Source: a virus
Lineage: Duplodnaviria; Caudoviricetes
DNA length: 52,559 nt
Reading direction: 5' to 3' (one strand)
IMG/VR virus record: IMGVR_UViG_3300025828_000031
Location: 1 to 52,559 of that record
Numbering within the stretch: position 1 is the first letter of the stretch; every line of letters starts with the position of its first letter. The notes below the pieces were generated by a model that worked only from the letters and a program-made list of their open reading frames with translations, ran no database searches and had not been told where the DNA came from. The position numbers were made by a program, and so were the translations under genes. Below, one piece after another: positions 1 to 9,657 of this stretch.

Positions 1-1201
1 GCTGGAAGTCATTCTCGCCGACAGCGCGAACCATCTGGAGTGGTACATATGGGCAGTAGAATACACCTGCGTCATATGGGTTAGTGCCCTTGTAACCAAC
101 AGTTACATAGTCAGCAACCGCATATGGATCGATGTAGATGCGCATACGTCCGTTCAGTACACCAGCAAAAGTGTTACCAGTGTCGTCAACTTCCAGAGAA
201 GTGCTCAGAGCAGGAGCGTAGTCAAGCATACCAGAAGCAGCGAGAGCAGTAGCAACATCAGAAGATACGATTGCTACGTTACCCTTACCGCGACGAGTTT
301 CTTTAGCGATAGTGTTTGCTTCGCGATCCAGTTGGACAAGCAGACCCTTGAACTTCTCAACAGACCAACGACCATCAGCGTCCGTAGACAGGTCGAAGAT
401 ACCGTTGGTAGCAGTGTTAGCAGTCAATGCACCAGTCTTCGCTTGGCTGTTGATAGTACGGATAACTTCGCGGTTGATTTCAGCAAGAATTTCTACTGAA
501 AGAATGTTAGCGAGTTCCGCTTCAGCGTCAAGACCGTGGATTGCTTTCAGGTCTTGTGCCAGTTCGATGGTGTACTCTGCCTTCAGCGCACGTGACTTTG
601 CAGTTACGGTTGCTTTCTCGATGGTGAAACCCATCTCTTGGAAGTCAGAAACGCCGCCAGTGCCCAACGCTTCCGCGTCAGCAGTTGGCATACCGCCACC
701 GATAGAAGGACCAGTACGGTCGTTGTCGATAGAGGAGTCGCCGTTTGAGTCAGTCAATCCGTCAAGACCAGAAGGACCAGCAGTGTGAGTCGTAGAAGAG
801 TCACCAGAGTATGGTACAACTGCTTCGTTAAACAGTGCTTCGTCACCAGAAGTGGCGCCAGACTGAGTAGACTTGTAGCGAGACTTCATGGCGAAGATCA
901 AACCAGTAGGACCAGACATTGGTTGAACACCACAGATGTCGTATGCCATCAGGTTAGGCATAGAACGACGTACGAGTGAGATCAATACTGGGTTCCAGTT
1001 GGCAGCGCTTGAAGTATTGTTAGCAGCAGCGGCTTCTTGCAAGAAAGAAGAAGCACCTGCTTCTTGAGCAAATGCTTGCTCTTGGTTTTCGAGGATAGCA
1101 GCAGTGACCTTACGTCGGTAAGCGTCTTTGATCTCGCCGCTAGACTCTTCGTTCAGGACTGGTGCCCACTTTTGCACCAGAGATTCGTAGTTCAGATCCA
1201 T
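1..1201 (-). CDS. gp23: Major capsid protein (T4 gp23-like), truncated at window edge
   Basis: Absent from the ORF track because it runs off the edge. My translation from ATG at 1201 (SD AAGGAG upstream): MDLNYESLVQKWAPVL...NWNPVLISLVRRSMPNLMAYDICGVQPMSGPTGLIFAMKSRY...FQEMGFTIEKATVTAKSRALKAEY, which are hallmark gp23 motifs. Follows gp22. Confidence 0.97.
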   Translation of the reverse strand, partial: MDLNYESLVQKWAPVLNEESSGEIKDAYRRKVTAAILENQEQAFAQEAGASSFLQEAAAANNTSSAANWNPVLISLVRRSMPNLMAYDICGVQPMSGPTGLIFAMKSRYKSTQSGATSGDEALFNEAVVPYSGDSSTTHTAGPSGLDGLTDSNGDSSIDNDRTGPSIGGGMPTADAEALGTGGVSDFQEMGFTIEKATVTAKSRALKAEYTIELAQDLKAIHGLDAEAELANILSVEILAEINREVIRTINSQAKTGALTANTATNGIFDLSTDADGRWSVEKFKGLLVQLDREANTIAKETRRGKGNVAIVSSDVATALAASGMLDYAPALSTSLEVDDTGNTFAGVLNGRMRIYIDPYAVADYVTVGYKGTNPYDAGVFYCPYVPLQMVRAVGENDFQ

Positions 1202-1229
1202 TTCTTAATTCTCCTTATGGGGTAATGGA

Positions 1230-2261
1230 TTACTTGTTAATTTTGCGCATGGCAGACAGGTACTGTTCCATAAAAGGAGAAACTTCTTCAGTGTCAACGT
1301 CACCGTCAGTTTCTTCAGTTATTTCTTCTTCAGTTTCTACTGTCGTATTCGCAAAGAATGACTCTTTGATAGTAGCAACTTTGGACGCAAACTGCTCGGC
1401 GTCATCAAAGTCAACACCTTCTACCAGAGAGTAGAACTTCTCTTTCTGAGTGTCAGCGAGTTCAGATGCTGCTTCGGCAACAATTGCTGCACGCTTCAGA
1501 CCTTCAACTTCTTCGCTCAGAGAAATCGCATTAGCAGTAGTCTTGTTGAGAGCTTCTTCGAGTTCTTCAACTTGATCTGCTAAATCGTCAACGAGGTCAA
1601 TCTTGGATTCTGGTACGTCGATGTAAGACTCAGTGAAAAGGTTCTTCAACCCTTCCATGAAGTTCTCAGCAATCTCAGCACGCAGACCAGTTTGGATGGC
1701 AACTTTGTTCTCTTCCATCCACTGCTCAACCACGTAGTTCAGGTAGGAATCAACCTTCTCGACCAACTCACCTTTCTGCGCAGCAGTTTCTTCAGCGAGT
1801 TTTTCTTCGTAGGATGCTTCGATTCGCTCTACTTCTTCAGAGAGCTTAGATTTCAATGCTGCTTCAAAGATTACAGCAGTTTTTGCCTTAAACTCATCGC
1901 TGAGAGTGGCTTCAGACTCGACTAGTGCTTCGAGTTCTTCAGAGTGAGTATCAACTTGTGTTTCCACGAGTTCGTCATTTTCTTCCATATCTACTGATTC
2001 ACTGTAACTGGCATAAAGTTTATTCATCTCTGATTTAGACATTTTCAACATTTTGTCAGTCATAGCACTAATCATACCTGCTTTGGTCTTTGGCATTGGT
2101 TCGCTGTTGCTCTTGTCACCCGTACGAGCAGGTGCTTTAGTCGTTGCGTTCGCTGCCTTATCGGTAGCGGCAATTGACTGTGCTTCAGCGTTTTTCATGT
2201 CATGCCCTTTTGCTTCCGCAACTTCCTGCTCATCGCGGAGTTCAATGTTTTGATCTTCCAT
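1230..2261 (-). CDS. gp22: Prohead core scaffold protein
   Basis: Acidic coiled-coil with LSDEFKAKTAVIFEAA, KVDSYLNYVVEQWMEEN and LKNLFTESYIDVPE motifs; lies between gp21 and gp23. Confidence 0.93.
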   Translation of the reverse strand: MEDQNIELRDEQEVAEAKGHDMKNAEAQSIAATDKAANATTKAPARTGDKSNSEPMPKTKAGMISAMTDKMLKMSKSEMNKLYASYSESVDMEENDELVETQVDTHSEELEALVESEATLSDEFKAKTAVIFEAALKSKLSEEVERIEASYEEKLAEETAAQKGELVEKVDSYLNYVVEQWMEENKVAIQTGLRAEIAENFMEGLKNLFTESYIDVPESKIDLVDDLADQVEELEEALNKTTANAISLSEEVEGLKRAAIVAEAASELADTQKEKFYSLVEGVDFDDAEQFASKVATIKESFFANTTVETEEEITEETDGDVDTEEVSPFMEQYLSAMRKINK

Positions 2262-2274
2262 TGTGTTCTCCTTA

Positions 2275-2946
2275 TTAAAAAGATCTTTTTAAGGATGAGA
2301 GGAAATTTTTGTACTCAACGATTTGATCCACGCCACTAATTGGCGGAAGCGCATCGACATGAGCTTCGATTTCAGTCTCTTGTTCCTCACATATCTCTTG
2401 AGCAGTAAGTACGCCATTGTTCCAGACCCATTCAACACCTTCCATAATCCCATTAACAAATGCTCCAGGAGCAGATGGATCTTGCACGATGTCAACCGTG
2501 CTTAAAACAAAATCGTCCTTAACATACATTGCGCCATTGCGCTGCTCAAGACTACCCATTCCACGAGTTGAGACACCAAGATTAACACCACCTTCGAGAA
2601 GACCTTGTACAATCTTACCCATTGGAGTATCAAGTATTGATGCCTTTCCGATAACATCATTGCCTTCGAAGTGAAGGTCAGTGATCTTATGCGAAACTTT
2701 GTCGAGGTTGACGGTCGGACCATCGGGATGGTTCAATTCGCCAACTGCTCTATCTTTTGCGACCTGCTCGGATACATACTTCTCGACGGCAGACTCCATA
2801 ATTGGTCTAGGGTACACCCTACCATTACGGTTCTTCTGCTCTGCCTGAGCAAACACACCTTCGATAACATATGACTTCTTGCCGTCTTTCTTTTCTTCGA
2901 CAAGACACTGTAGTGTGTTGTCATTATATTCAGCAATTAGTTTCAT
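2275..2946 (-). CDS. gp21: Prohead core protease
   Basis: KNRNGRVYP, GELNHP, GVSTRGMGSL and DIVQDPSAPGAFV motifs. Confidence 0.96.
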   Translation of the reverse strand: MKLIAEYNDNTLQCLVEEKKDGKKSYVIEGVFAQAEQKNRNGRVYPRPIMESAVEKYVSEQVAKDRAVGELNHPDGPTVNLDKVSHKITDLHFEGNDVIGKASILDTPMGKIVQGLLEGGVNLGVSTRGMGSLEQRNGAMYVKDDFVLSTVDIVQDPSAPGAFVNGIMEGVEWVWNNGVLTAQEICEEQETEIEAHVDALPPISGVDQIVEYKNFLSSLKRSF

Positions 2947-3143
2947 GTTAGTTCCTTGATCGCAGTTTCTATTGATTTTTGTGCGTCCCTTTGACTACGG
3001 AACGTATCTAACATATCCCCGTCTATGTAGGCAACGAAACCTTTGGCAGTCTTTTGTATCTCAGTTTTAATTCTGCGATACTTCTTGGACCAGACTACTT
3101 CGCCCTTCGCTTTGCGTTGCCTTAGTTCGGAGAACGTGATCAT
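2943..3143 (-). CDS. Small basic protein at the gp68 (prohead core) position
   Basis: 66 aa; overlaps the gp21 start by 4 nt; directly downstream of a late promoter. Assignment by synteny only. Confidence 0.6.
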   Translation of the reverse strand: MITFSELRQRKAKGEVVWSKKYRRIKTEIQKTAKGFVAYIDGDMLDTFRSQRDAQKSIETAIKELT

Positions 3144-3149
3144 AACATT

Positions 3150-3157
3150 TATTTATA
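3150..3157 (-). promoter_or_regulatory. T4-type late promoter TATAAATA
   Basis: Plus-strand TATTTATA overlapping the stop codon of the upstream gene. Confidence 0.8.
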
Positions 3158-3632
3158 CTTTTTCTTCCTCTGATTCGTCCTCAGACTCCTCGTCAGATAA
3201 AATATCTTCAATCTCGTCAGCATAGATACCAAGTGGGTCCTCTGGTTCCTCATGCTCTTCCTCAGCAGGGATCTCAGCAACTGGTTCTTCCGGAGAAGGT
3301 TCTTCCGTTGACTCAGGTTCTTCAACCTCAGCAACCTCTGGTTCGCCCTCATCTTCCGCTTCTACTTCAGATTCTAGTTCTGCTTCAGTTTCTTCTTCTG
3401 AAGGTTCTTCTTCCTCTGCTCCGTTATAAACTGAATTCGCTATACGAATCTGTTCTTGCTCTAGAGCATCGTCGATACGAGATTGTACAATGTCCTTAAA
3501 AATTTGACTAGAGGTAAAGGCATCGCCCTTCTCAATAGAGTTTACCAAATCTTCTACGGATACTGTTACTGGTTCTTGAGTCTCATTAGCAACATCACTC
3601 ATTTCAACTTCAGGTTTCGTTTCCATCATCAT
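3153..3632 (-). CDS. Highly acidic prohead core protein (gp67-like); real start probably 3626
   Basis: Glu-rich; helical N-part (LVNSIEKGD...FKDIVQSRIDDALEQ); directly after the portal gene as for T4 gp67. SD AGGAG spacing fits the third ATG. Confidence 0.7.
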   Translation of the reverse strand: MMMETKPEVEMSDVANETQEPVTVSVEDLVNSIEKGDAFTSSQIFKDIVQSRIDDALEQEQIRIANSVYNGAEEEEPSEEETEAELESEVEAEDEGEPEVAEVEEPESTEEPSPEEPVAEIPAEEEHEEPEDPLGIYADEIEDILSDEESEDESEEEKV

Positions 3633-5172
3633 CTCCTATATTAGTTGGTACTGGTTCAGAACCTATTTGTTTTTCCATGTCTTCCATTTCTTCATCGGTA
3701 AAATGGAAAACATTTTTCATTACCCACTCTTTAGATAGATACTCACCAACATATTGTGATGCTTGATCCATCAGACCCAGTCGCTCACGGAATACTTCAG
3801 CATCCTTGAGTTCTGTATAGTGGTTGTCTTTATAGAAATCTACTCGAATACGATTGTGGAATAACTCCATCCAATCGCTGTCGGTAATAATACCTTTTAA
3901 CACAAGTTGTTGTCGGAGGATACCAATAAACAACTTACTGAACCTTGAGCGAAGTCGAGTTACAAATTTCTGGAATTTAATTTCTTCACGGTTGATTTCA
4001 GTAGCACGACCGAGGGAGTATGCTTGCTCCTGCTCCAATCGCGATACTGGTACGTTCAGTGCTTGGTATACCTTGCGTTGGAAATATTTGATGTCATCAA
4101 TCTCGCCAAGGTTTGAACCACCAGGAAGTGTAGTCACCTCAGTACCACGACCACCTTCTCGGCGCGGCAACCAGAAGTCGTCAAGCATAGACATATGCTT
4201 ACGAGAATCTTTCAGTTCGCCAGTCGCCTGATCATATACAAGTTTATTTCTATAACGAGTCATCAAGGAGTTGACGTATTCTTCTGCCTTACCCTTTGGC
4301 AAGTTACCAGTGTCAACATAAAAGATTCTTCGCTCAGGTGCACGCGCCAGTCGATAGATAATCAGGGAGTCCTCCATCATACGCAACTGATTGATAGGTC
4401 GCAGTGCTTTGTGAAGATGAGAAACTACCTTCGCCTTCGTGTCGTCTAATACACCTGATGTTACATAACTTATTGAGTCAACGCTGAGTTTGACTGCTTG
4501 GTTCGCTGTTGGGTCTACGCCAGCAGGAACACCTTTCTTAGTCTCAAAGTTTTTATCAGAAAACAAATAAAACTCTTCAACCTTGTTTACAACTTTTACA
4601 CCTGTTGATTTATCTTCTTTCTTCTTGACGTTACGCACCTTACGCATCTTCATAGAGTCGATGTATCTAATCTCTTTGATGCCCAACTTTAGGTTTGCGT
4701 TGTCAACAATCAAGTGATGGTACAGTCTACCGTCAATGTACCAACTACGGAAAATATCATGAGCACGCTCATTAAACGTGAGCATGTTCAAGACATTTTG
4801 AAATTCTTCTGAAATCTTTTTCTTAATACCTGCGGAAACCTCAACCCGATCAAGGTTGACTTCTACTACGTTTTCATCATCAGGTATTACGATTGCTTCG
4901 TTAACGATTTCTTCTACCGCCATATCAACTTCAGGGTGAGTTGCTGCTTGACGATATTTGCGAATTAGGTCTGCCTGATCTTTTACTTGAAGATCGGCAT
5001 AGATATTCATGTGAGTGCCGTATGCATATGAAGGAGCAGTTACATAACCTGCACCATCATCGTCAGTTGGCGGCACAACTGAAGCAGCAGGAGCCGGTGT
5101 TACAGCGTCCTGATCTTTCTTTGCTCGCTTGATCTCAAAACCAAATAATTTAATTCCGTCGCCTTCTGCCAT
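3610..5172 (-). CDS. gp20: Portal vertex protein
   Basis: FRSWYIDGRLY, NQLRMMEDSLIIYRLARAPERRIFYVDTGNLPK and DDFWLPRREGGRGTEVTTLPGG motifs. Confidence 0.98.
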   Translation of the reverse strand: MAEGDGIKLFGFEIKRAKKDQDAVTPAPAASVVPPTDDDGAGYVTAPSYAYGTHMNIYADLQVKDQADLIRKYRQAATHPEVDMAVEEIVNEAIVIPDDENVVEVNLDRVEVSAGIKKKISEEFQNVLNMLTFNERAHDIFRSWYIDGRLYHHLIVDNANLKLGIKEIRYIDSMKMRKVRNVKKKEDKSTGVKVVNKVEEFYLFSDKNFETKKGVPAGVDPTANQAVKLSVDSISYVTSGVLDDTKAKVVSHLHKALRPINQLRMMEDSLIIYRLARAPERRIFYVDTGNLPKGKAEEYVNSLMTRYRNKLVYDQATGELKDSRKHMSMLDDFWLPRREGGRGTEVTTLPGGSNLGEIDDIKYFQRKVYQALNVPVSRLEQEQAYSLGRATEINREEIKFQKFVTRLRSRFSKLFIGILRQQLVLKGIITDSDWMELFHNRIRVDFYKDNHYTELKDAEVFRERLGLMDQASQYVGEYLSKEWVMKNVFHFTDEEMEDMEKQIGSEPVPTNIGDDDGNET

Positions 5173-5193
5173 ATTTGAAATCTCAGTTGTGGG

Positions 5194-5218
5194 AAAAAAG
5201 GGGGAGCGAACTCCCCCT
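5194..5218 (-). terminator. Intrinsic terminator after gp19 (UUCG tetraloop)
   Basis: Minus strand reads AGGGGGAG-TTCG-CTCCCCCT followed by a T run. Confidence 0.9.
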
Positions 5219-5244
5219 GCTTTACTTTACTTAGTCGCGATTAA

Positions 5245-5787
5245 TTATCCTAGGATCGCGGCATTAGTCCAGTAGTCGTACTCGAGAGTAACAGTGAATG
5301 TTTCAATCTCACCGACCTGAGCAAAGTCAAGATCGACAGCAGAAACGTTCGTTGGGAAAGCATTCACCAAAGTGTACTTTCCTTGAGAACTTGGGTTGCC
5401 CAATTGATCCAACTGGGTTACTTCCATTTCTGCAACATAAGATGAAGTGTCATTCGCTTGTTGACCTTCGTTGCCTTCGTGGGTGTTCATACCACTAGAC
5501 CAACGCTCGAATGCACCACGGAGTTCGTGGTCTACGTCGTTATAAACAGTGATCGTCCATGGTTCGAAAGATCGGTCACCTGCTAACTTGATGATACGTC
5601 CTCGGAATGGTACTTCTACCAGACCGACAGTGCTCGCTGGCAACTGTGCGGAACGAACCATAAAGGAAGCAAGTTCATTGTCTCCACCAGCATATCCTGG
5701 GAAGTTGACCTTGACCTCGAACATATTAGCACGAGCACCACCTTTGGCGAACTTACCACGAAAATCGTCTACATTAAGAACTGCCAT
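5245..5787 (-). CDS. gp19: Tail tube protein
   Basis: GGARANMFEV, VPFRGRIIKLAGDRSFEPWTITVYND and IETFTVTLEYDYW motifs. Confidence 0.96.
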   Translation of the reverse strand: MAVLNVDDFRGKFAKGGARANMFEVKVNFPGYAGGDNELASFMVRSAQLPASTVGLVEVPFRGRIIKLAGDRSFEPWTITVYNDVDHELRGAFERWSSGMNTHEGNEGQQANDTSSYVAEMEVTQLDQLGNPSSQGKYTLVNAFPTNVSAVDLDFAQVGEIETFTVTLEYDYWTNAAILG

Positions 5788-5815
5788 TTTAGAATCTCCT
5801 TATTGTAGTTTCGGG

Positions 5816-7603
5816 TTAGAATTGAATGCCAGAGCTAACGATCTCTTCAAAGTTCGCACCAGTACGAGTAGCGACAAAGTTCAACGTAATGAAGTTGATG
5901 CTACGTGCTGGTTTGATGAAGAGAGTCGCAATGAATTCATTGCGGTCGATAACTTCAGGGGTGTTGTTTCTCTCGTCACACTGTACGAAGAAGTCCTGAA
6001 TACCACGTCGCGCCTTGATCTCTCGTAAGAGTGGGTTGACGATAGCAACAAATTCAGCACGAGTAAACTCGTCGTTGAATTCGAACAGGAAGTTTCGTGA
6101 AGCGACAGAGACCGCTTTCTCAAGAGCAAGGAATAACCTTCGAACATTGATACGATCAAATGCGGATGGTCGAGCAAGTTTGGTCTTATCACCAAACAGC
6201 AAGATGCCTCGTCCTGGGAACTGAACGATTGGGTTTACACCCTTCTTGTACAGTTCATCTCGCTCCGCTTTAGAAGGGGAGTAAGCAAGGTTGGTTACAC
6301 CAACATATTCACCGCGACGCTCACCAGCAGGTGACCACCATGGACCATAGTTGGCGTCCGTGGCAGCAAGCAAACCAGCAGTGGTGGAAGCAGCAGGGAT
6401 GTAGATGTAGTTGTCGTTGTACTTGTCATAGACACGCAAGTAGTTGTTATCTACGATCAGGTAAGAAGATGCCGTGAAGTCATTAGTAGTATCCAAGGTA
6501 TCATTTACAGGATCGATGTTGTTAACAACCGCTGCTCGGTCTGGTGAAGTTACAACAACGCAGTCTTTACGAGTTACGCCAGCGATGCCAGCGAGATCGT
6601 TTACTACAGTTACTTGTTTCGTTTTGTTTGCCATTCCTGGTGCGATAAGGATGGACACGTCGATTTGCTCAACGTCTTCAAACTCATCAAAACCAGTAGC
6701 AATATCGCCCTCGTCGAGGACTTGACCATCAGCACCACCACTCAAACTCTTAGTTGCAGAGTCATTAGAGAATGATAATACTTGGTCAGCATAGTTGATG
6801 GAACCGCCAGAAGTTGGAGCGGATCCCCAGTTAGGACCAGCAATACTTGTCGCAGAATCCCACTCGCCAAACCAGATGTACTTAGAACCTTGGTTGATTA
6901 CAGTCTTGACATAGTTGTCGCCACCGTCAACAGTCTTAGCACCTTCTGCTACAGATACATACGGGAAAGTCTCAAGGACTTCACCAGCAGTACCAGTGAT
7001 GAAACCGTCTTGGTCGATTACCGCGACATGGATCTCATCGTTCTTAACAGTTCCTGGATACTCTTGCGCCCACTCAGATGTTCCTGGGACATCGTCAAAC
7101 TTACCTTCGTATGTCCAGCTGTTGAATAGAGTAGTAGTAGCAGAGTTGCTGTTGTCTGAATCACCAGACAGAACACCAAATACAGATACTGCCAATGAGT
7201 TGCCGAGTTCGCCAGGATATTTGGCGTAGAATGTCTGAGAAAGAGTTTGCCGTTCCCAGTGATCTTCGTTTTTAATCAGGGTTTTTGCGCCTGACATAGA
7301 TGCATTAAGCGCACTATCGACACCATTTCCTGGTGATGGGATAGAGCGACATACTTGGAGGTTGCCTGAGTAGCGCAGATACTGAGCACAGGAGAAGTAA
7401 TCTACTGAGTGCTGTGCATCTGGCGTACCAAATTCTTCAGCGAGTTCATTCTCGTTGGAGATAATAGTTGGTACTTCTACAGGACCCCAACGGAATCCTC
7501 CTACATATCCAGCAAGCGAAGTATCGACATTTGGGACCACAGGGGTCAAGTCGAATTCGCGAACTACAATAGCAGGAGACAAACTTGGAGCTGTTAGTGC
7601 CAT
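5816..7603 (-). CDS. gp18: Tail sheath protein
   Basis: LSPAIVVREFDLT, GGFRWGPV, PWWSPAGERRG and LFGDKTKLARPSAFDRINVRRLF motifs. Confidence 0.97.
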   Translation of the reverse strand: MALTAPSLSPAIVVREFDLTPVVPNVDTSLAGYVGGFRWGPVEVPTIISNENELAEEFGTPDAQHSVDYFSCAQYLRYSGNLQVCRSIPSPGNGVDSALNASMSGAKTLIKNEDHWERQTLSQTFYAKYPGELGNSLAVSVFGVLSGDSDNSNSATTTLFNSWTYEGKFDDVPGTSEWAQEYPGTVKNDEIHVAVIDQDGFITGTAGEVLETFPYVSVAEGAKTVDGGDNYVKTVINQGSKYIWFGEWDSATSIAGPNWGSAPTSGGSINYADQVLSFSNDSATKSLSGGADGQVLDEGDIATGFDEFEDVEQIDVSILIAPGMANKTKQVTVVNDLAGIAGVTRKDCVVVTSPDRAAVVNNIDPVNDTLDTTNDFTASSYLIVDNNYLRVYDKYNDNYIYIPAASTTAGLLAATDANYGPWWSPAGERRGEYVGVTNLAYSPSKAERDELYKKGVNPIVQFPGRGILLFGDKTKLARPSAFDRINVRRLFLALEKAVSVASRNFLFEFNDEFTRAEFVAIVNPLLREIKARRGIQDFFVQCDERNNTPEVIDRNEFIATLFIKPARSINFITLNFVATRTGANFEEIVSSGIQF

Positions 7604-7678
7604 TTTAGTTTCCTCTTTGCAAAAAGAAATTATAAGTGTTATACATTATAAGGTCGGCACATAAGTGCTCAATGCATT

Positions 7679-7701
7679 TATTTATAAGAAGGGATATTTA
7701 G
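7679..7701 (-). promoter_or_regulatory. Tandem late promoters upstream of gp18 (TATAAATA 7679-7686; CTAAATA 7695-7701)
   Basis: Motifs seen directly; the second overlaps the gp17 stop codon. Confidence 0.75.
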
Positions 7702-9323
7702 GTATAATCCTCTAGTTCTATTGTAGACCAAGGGTCTAATTTTTGTTCGTATGTTATAACAGGTTCCGCTTCTTGTTTAAATCCAAACGGAGGCACATCC
7801 TCTTCAATCTCTTGCATACGTTGTTCAAACATCATCTTCTTGATATTAATGTCTGTCATTTCAGCAAAGAAAGTGGTTTGTACCAAGAAACCAAGCATCA
7901 CCAAGTTCATTACCAAGTCATCGTGGTTACCATCTTTCGCTTCATAAGAATTACCCTTTGCTTCAAACGTACTAATTTCTAATATCGTATTTTCATCAAC
8001 GACTTCTAGTTTACGTTCTTCTAGCAAATCTTTAAACCCCGAACAACCAAGACGTTTAGTTCGGCGAGTCATCTCTACGCCGATACCACTAGATTTTACT
8101 GTAGAGGACATGTGCACGTTTTCATATTCTCGTTCGTGGTATAACCCCGAACAAACCAATTGACCTGCGTCATTAGATTCGATAACGACATATGCTTGAT
8201 TGTAAGAAGTCGCCCATTTATAAATAATATCTGGGAAGAGTAGTGGAGAAATAAGATTGTTGCGATACACTGCTACCTGTTTGAAAGGTCTACTGCTAAT
8301 GTCGATGACGTTAAACGTACTATAATCCTGTCCTCTCCCTTTACTTACGTCAACACACATGACGTATTGTGACCCCTTGCGAGGTTCATCGTAAACAAGT
8401 AGATCACCACCCTCAAGAATCCTCTTGGGTCTACTTGCCTTCAGGTTTAACAAAGTTTCAGCATTGATCAATGTATCACCCGTGCCGAAGAAGGTATTAC
8501 CAAACTCCTGATCAAACTGTATCTTTGAAGTGTTGCTGATCGTTTCTTCTTTCCATGCTTCATCACGACCAGGAACATCCCACCAGTCTACACGGAACGG
8601 TTTGTATTCATTCACACCCTGTACGGCACCTTCCCATATCTTATGGAAAGGATTACCAATACCGTTGGCGGTGGATGTTATGATCACTTTCGTATCTTTA
8701 CCTGACGAAACTACGGGATAGGTTGAGGTATAAAATTCTGCTGCCCTTTCAACAAACGCAAACTCGTCAAGGAACAGCAAGTTTACAGATTGACCACGAA
8801 TGGATGATCCTGAAGTAGCAGCGGCGAATATCTTTGAGTTGTTACTAAACTCTATGCTACCTTTGTTCAGTACCTTGCATCCTGGTTGCAAGTAGAATGG
8901 TAGATTCTCAAGCATAAGAGTTACACGCGATAACATCTCTCGAGCAGTCGCACCCTTGTTAGCGAGCACTGCTACAGTTTTCTCTGGATGAAATATAGCA
9001 TACCAAAGCAGGTATGCCACAGAAGATATAGACTTGCCTGACTGACGACAAGCGAGCACAACCGTAAAACGGTTGCTGTTGAAGTGAGTAAACATTTCCT
9101 CTTGGTAAGGATACAACTCAAACGGCACGAGACCATCGTTTAGGTTGATAATTTTTAGGTGAGTTTTAGCAAAGTGCGTGGGGTCTGCCATGCATTTAGC
9201 ATACTCAGCGACTTTCTCTTGAGTCCAATCCTCCTGTACGCCATCTTTCTTGACGTGAGGATTCCCAAGATAGTGAGTATCGTGTTTAGACTTGGTCGTG
9301 TCCTGAATCTGTGAGGGCATCAT
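7698..9323 (-). CDS. gp17: Terminase large subunit
   Basis: YLGNP, Walker A CRQSGKS, Walker B LLFLDEFAF, ITSTANG, and nuclease motifs VDVSKGRGQDYS and HDDLVM. Confidence 0.98.
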   Translation of the reverse strand: MMPSQIQDTTKSKHDTHYLGNPHVKKDGVQEDWTQEKVAEYAKCMADPTHFAKTHLKIINLNDGLVPFELYPYQEEMFTHFNSNRFTVVLACRQSGKSISSVAYLLWYAIFHPEKTVAVLANKGATAREMLSRVTLMLENLPFYLQPGCKVLNKGSIEFSNNSKIFAAATSGSSIRGQSVNLLFLDEFAFVERAAEFYTSTYPVVSSGKDTKVIITSTANGIGNPFHKIWEGAVQGVNEYKPFRVDWWDVPGRDEAWKEETISNTSKIQFDQEFGNTFFGTGDTLINAETLLNLKASRPKRILEGGDLLVYDEPRKGSQYVMCVDVSKGRGQDYSTFNVIDISSRPFKQVAVYRNNLISPLLFPDIIYKWATSYNQAYVVIESNDAGQLVCSGLYHEREYENVHMSSTVKSSGIGVEMTRRTKRLGCSGFKDLLEERKLEVVDENTILEISTFEAKGNSYEAKDGNHDDLVMNLVMLGFLVQTTFFAEMTDINIKKMMFEQRMQEIEEDVPPFGFKQEAEPVITYEQKLDPWSTIELEDYT

Positions 9324-9657
9324 GTTGAGGAGTTATATCCTTTTCGTTCACTTTCTTCAACATGCGTTGAAGGTCGGTAGTCGAACCGATAAAAACATTT
9401 GTGGTTTCTTGCTTATTCGGTAACGCAGTGGCATCTTCTTTTTCTATCTCCTTCTTTTGTTTGTGGAGATTCATAAGTTGATGAGAAACGTCAGAGGTAT
9501 CTTTTATGAGTTTAGCAAGAACTTCATATGCTCTTGGGTGTTCGCTTTGTTTTGCGACCTCAATCATCTCTTCTACACCGTCGCGACCTTTACCGATCAG
9601 ATCGTATAAAGTCTCTCTGGCGTATTCATAATCATTATCTTTATCACTCATATGCAT
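9286..9657 (-). CDS. gp16: Terminase small subunit
   Basis: DYEYARETL, SEHPRAYEVLAKLIK and NVFIGSTTDLQRML motifs; upstream of gp17. Confidence 0.93.
   Translation of the reverse strand: MHMSDKDNDYEYARETLYDLIGKGRDGVEEMIEVAKQSEHPRAYEVLAKLIKDTSDVSHQLMNLHKQKKEIEKEDATALPNKQETTNVFIGSTTDLQRMLKKVNEKDITPQHDALTDSGHDQV

Noticed and set aside
5228-5235. ACTAAGTA as a late promoter for gp20
   Set aside because: It mismatches the consensus and lies upstream of the terminator hairpin, so it is not supportable.
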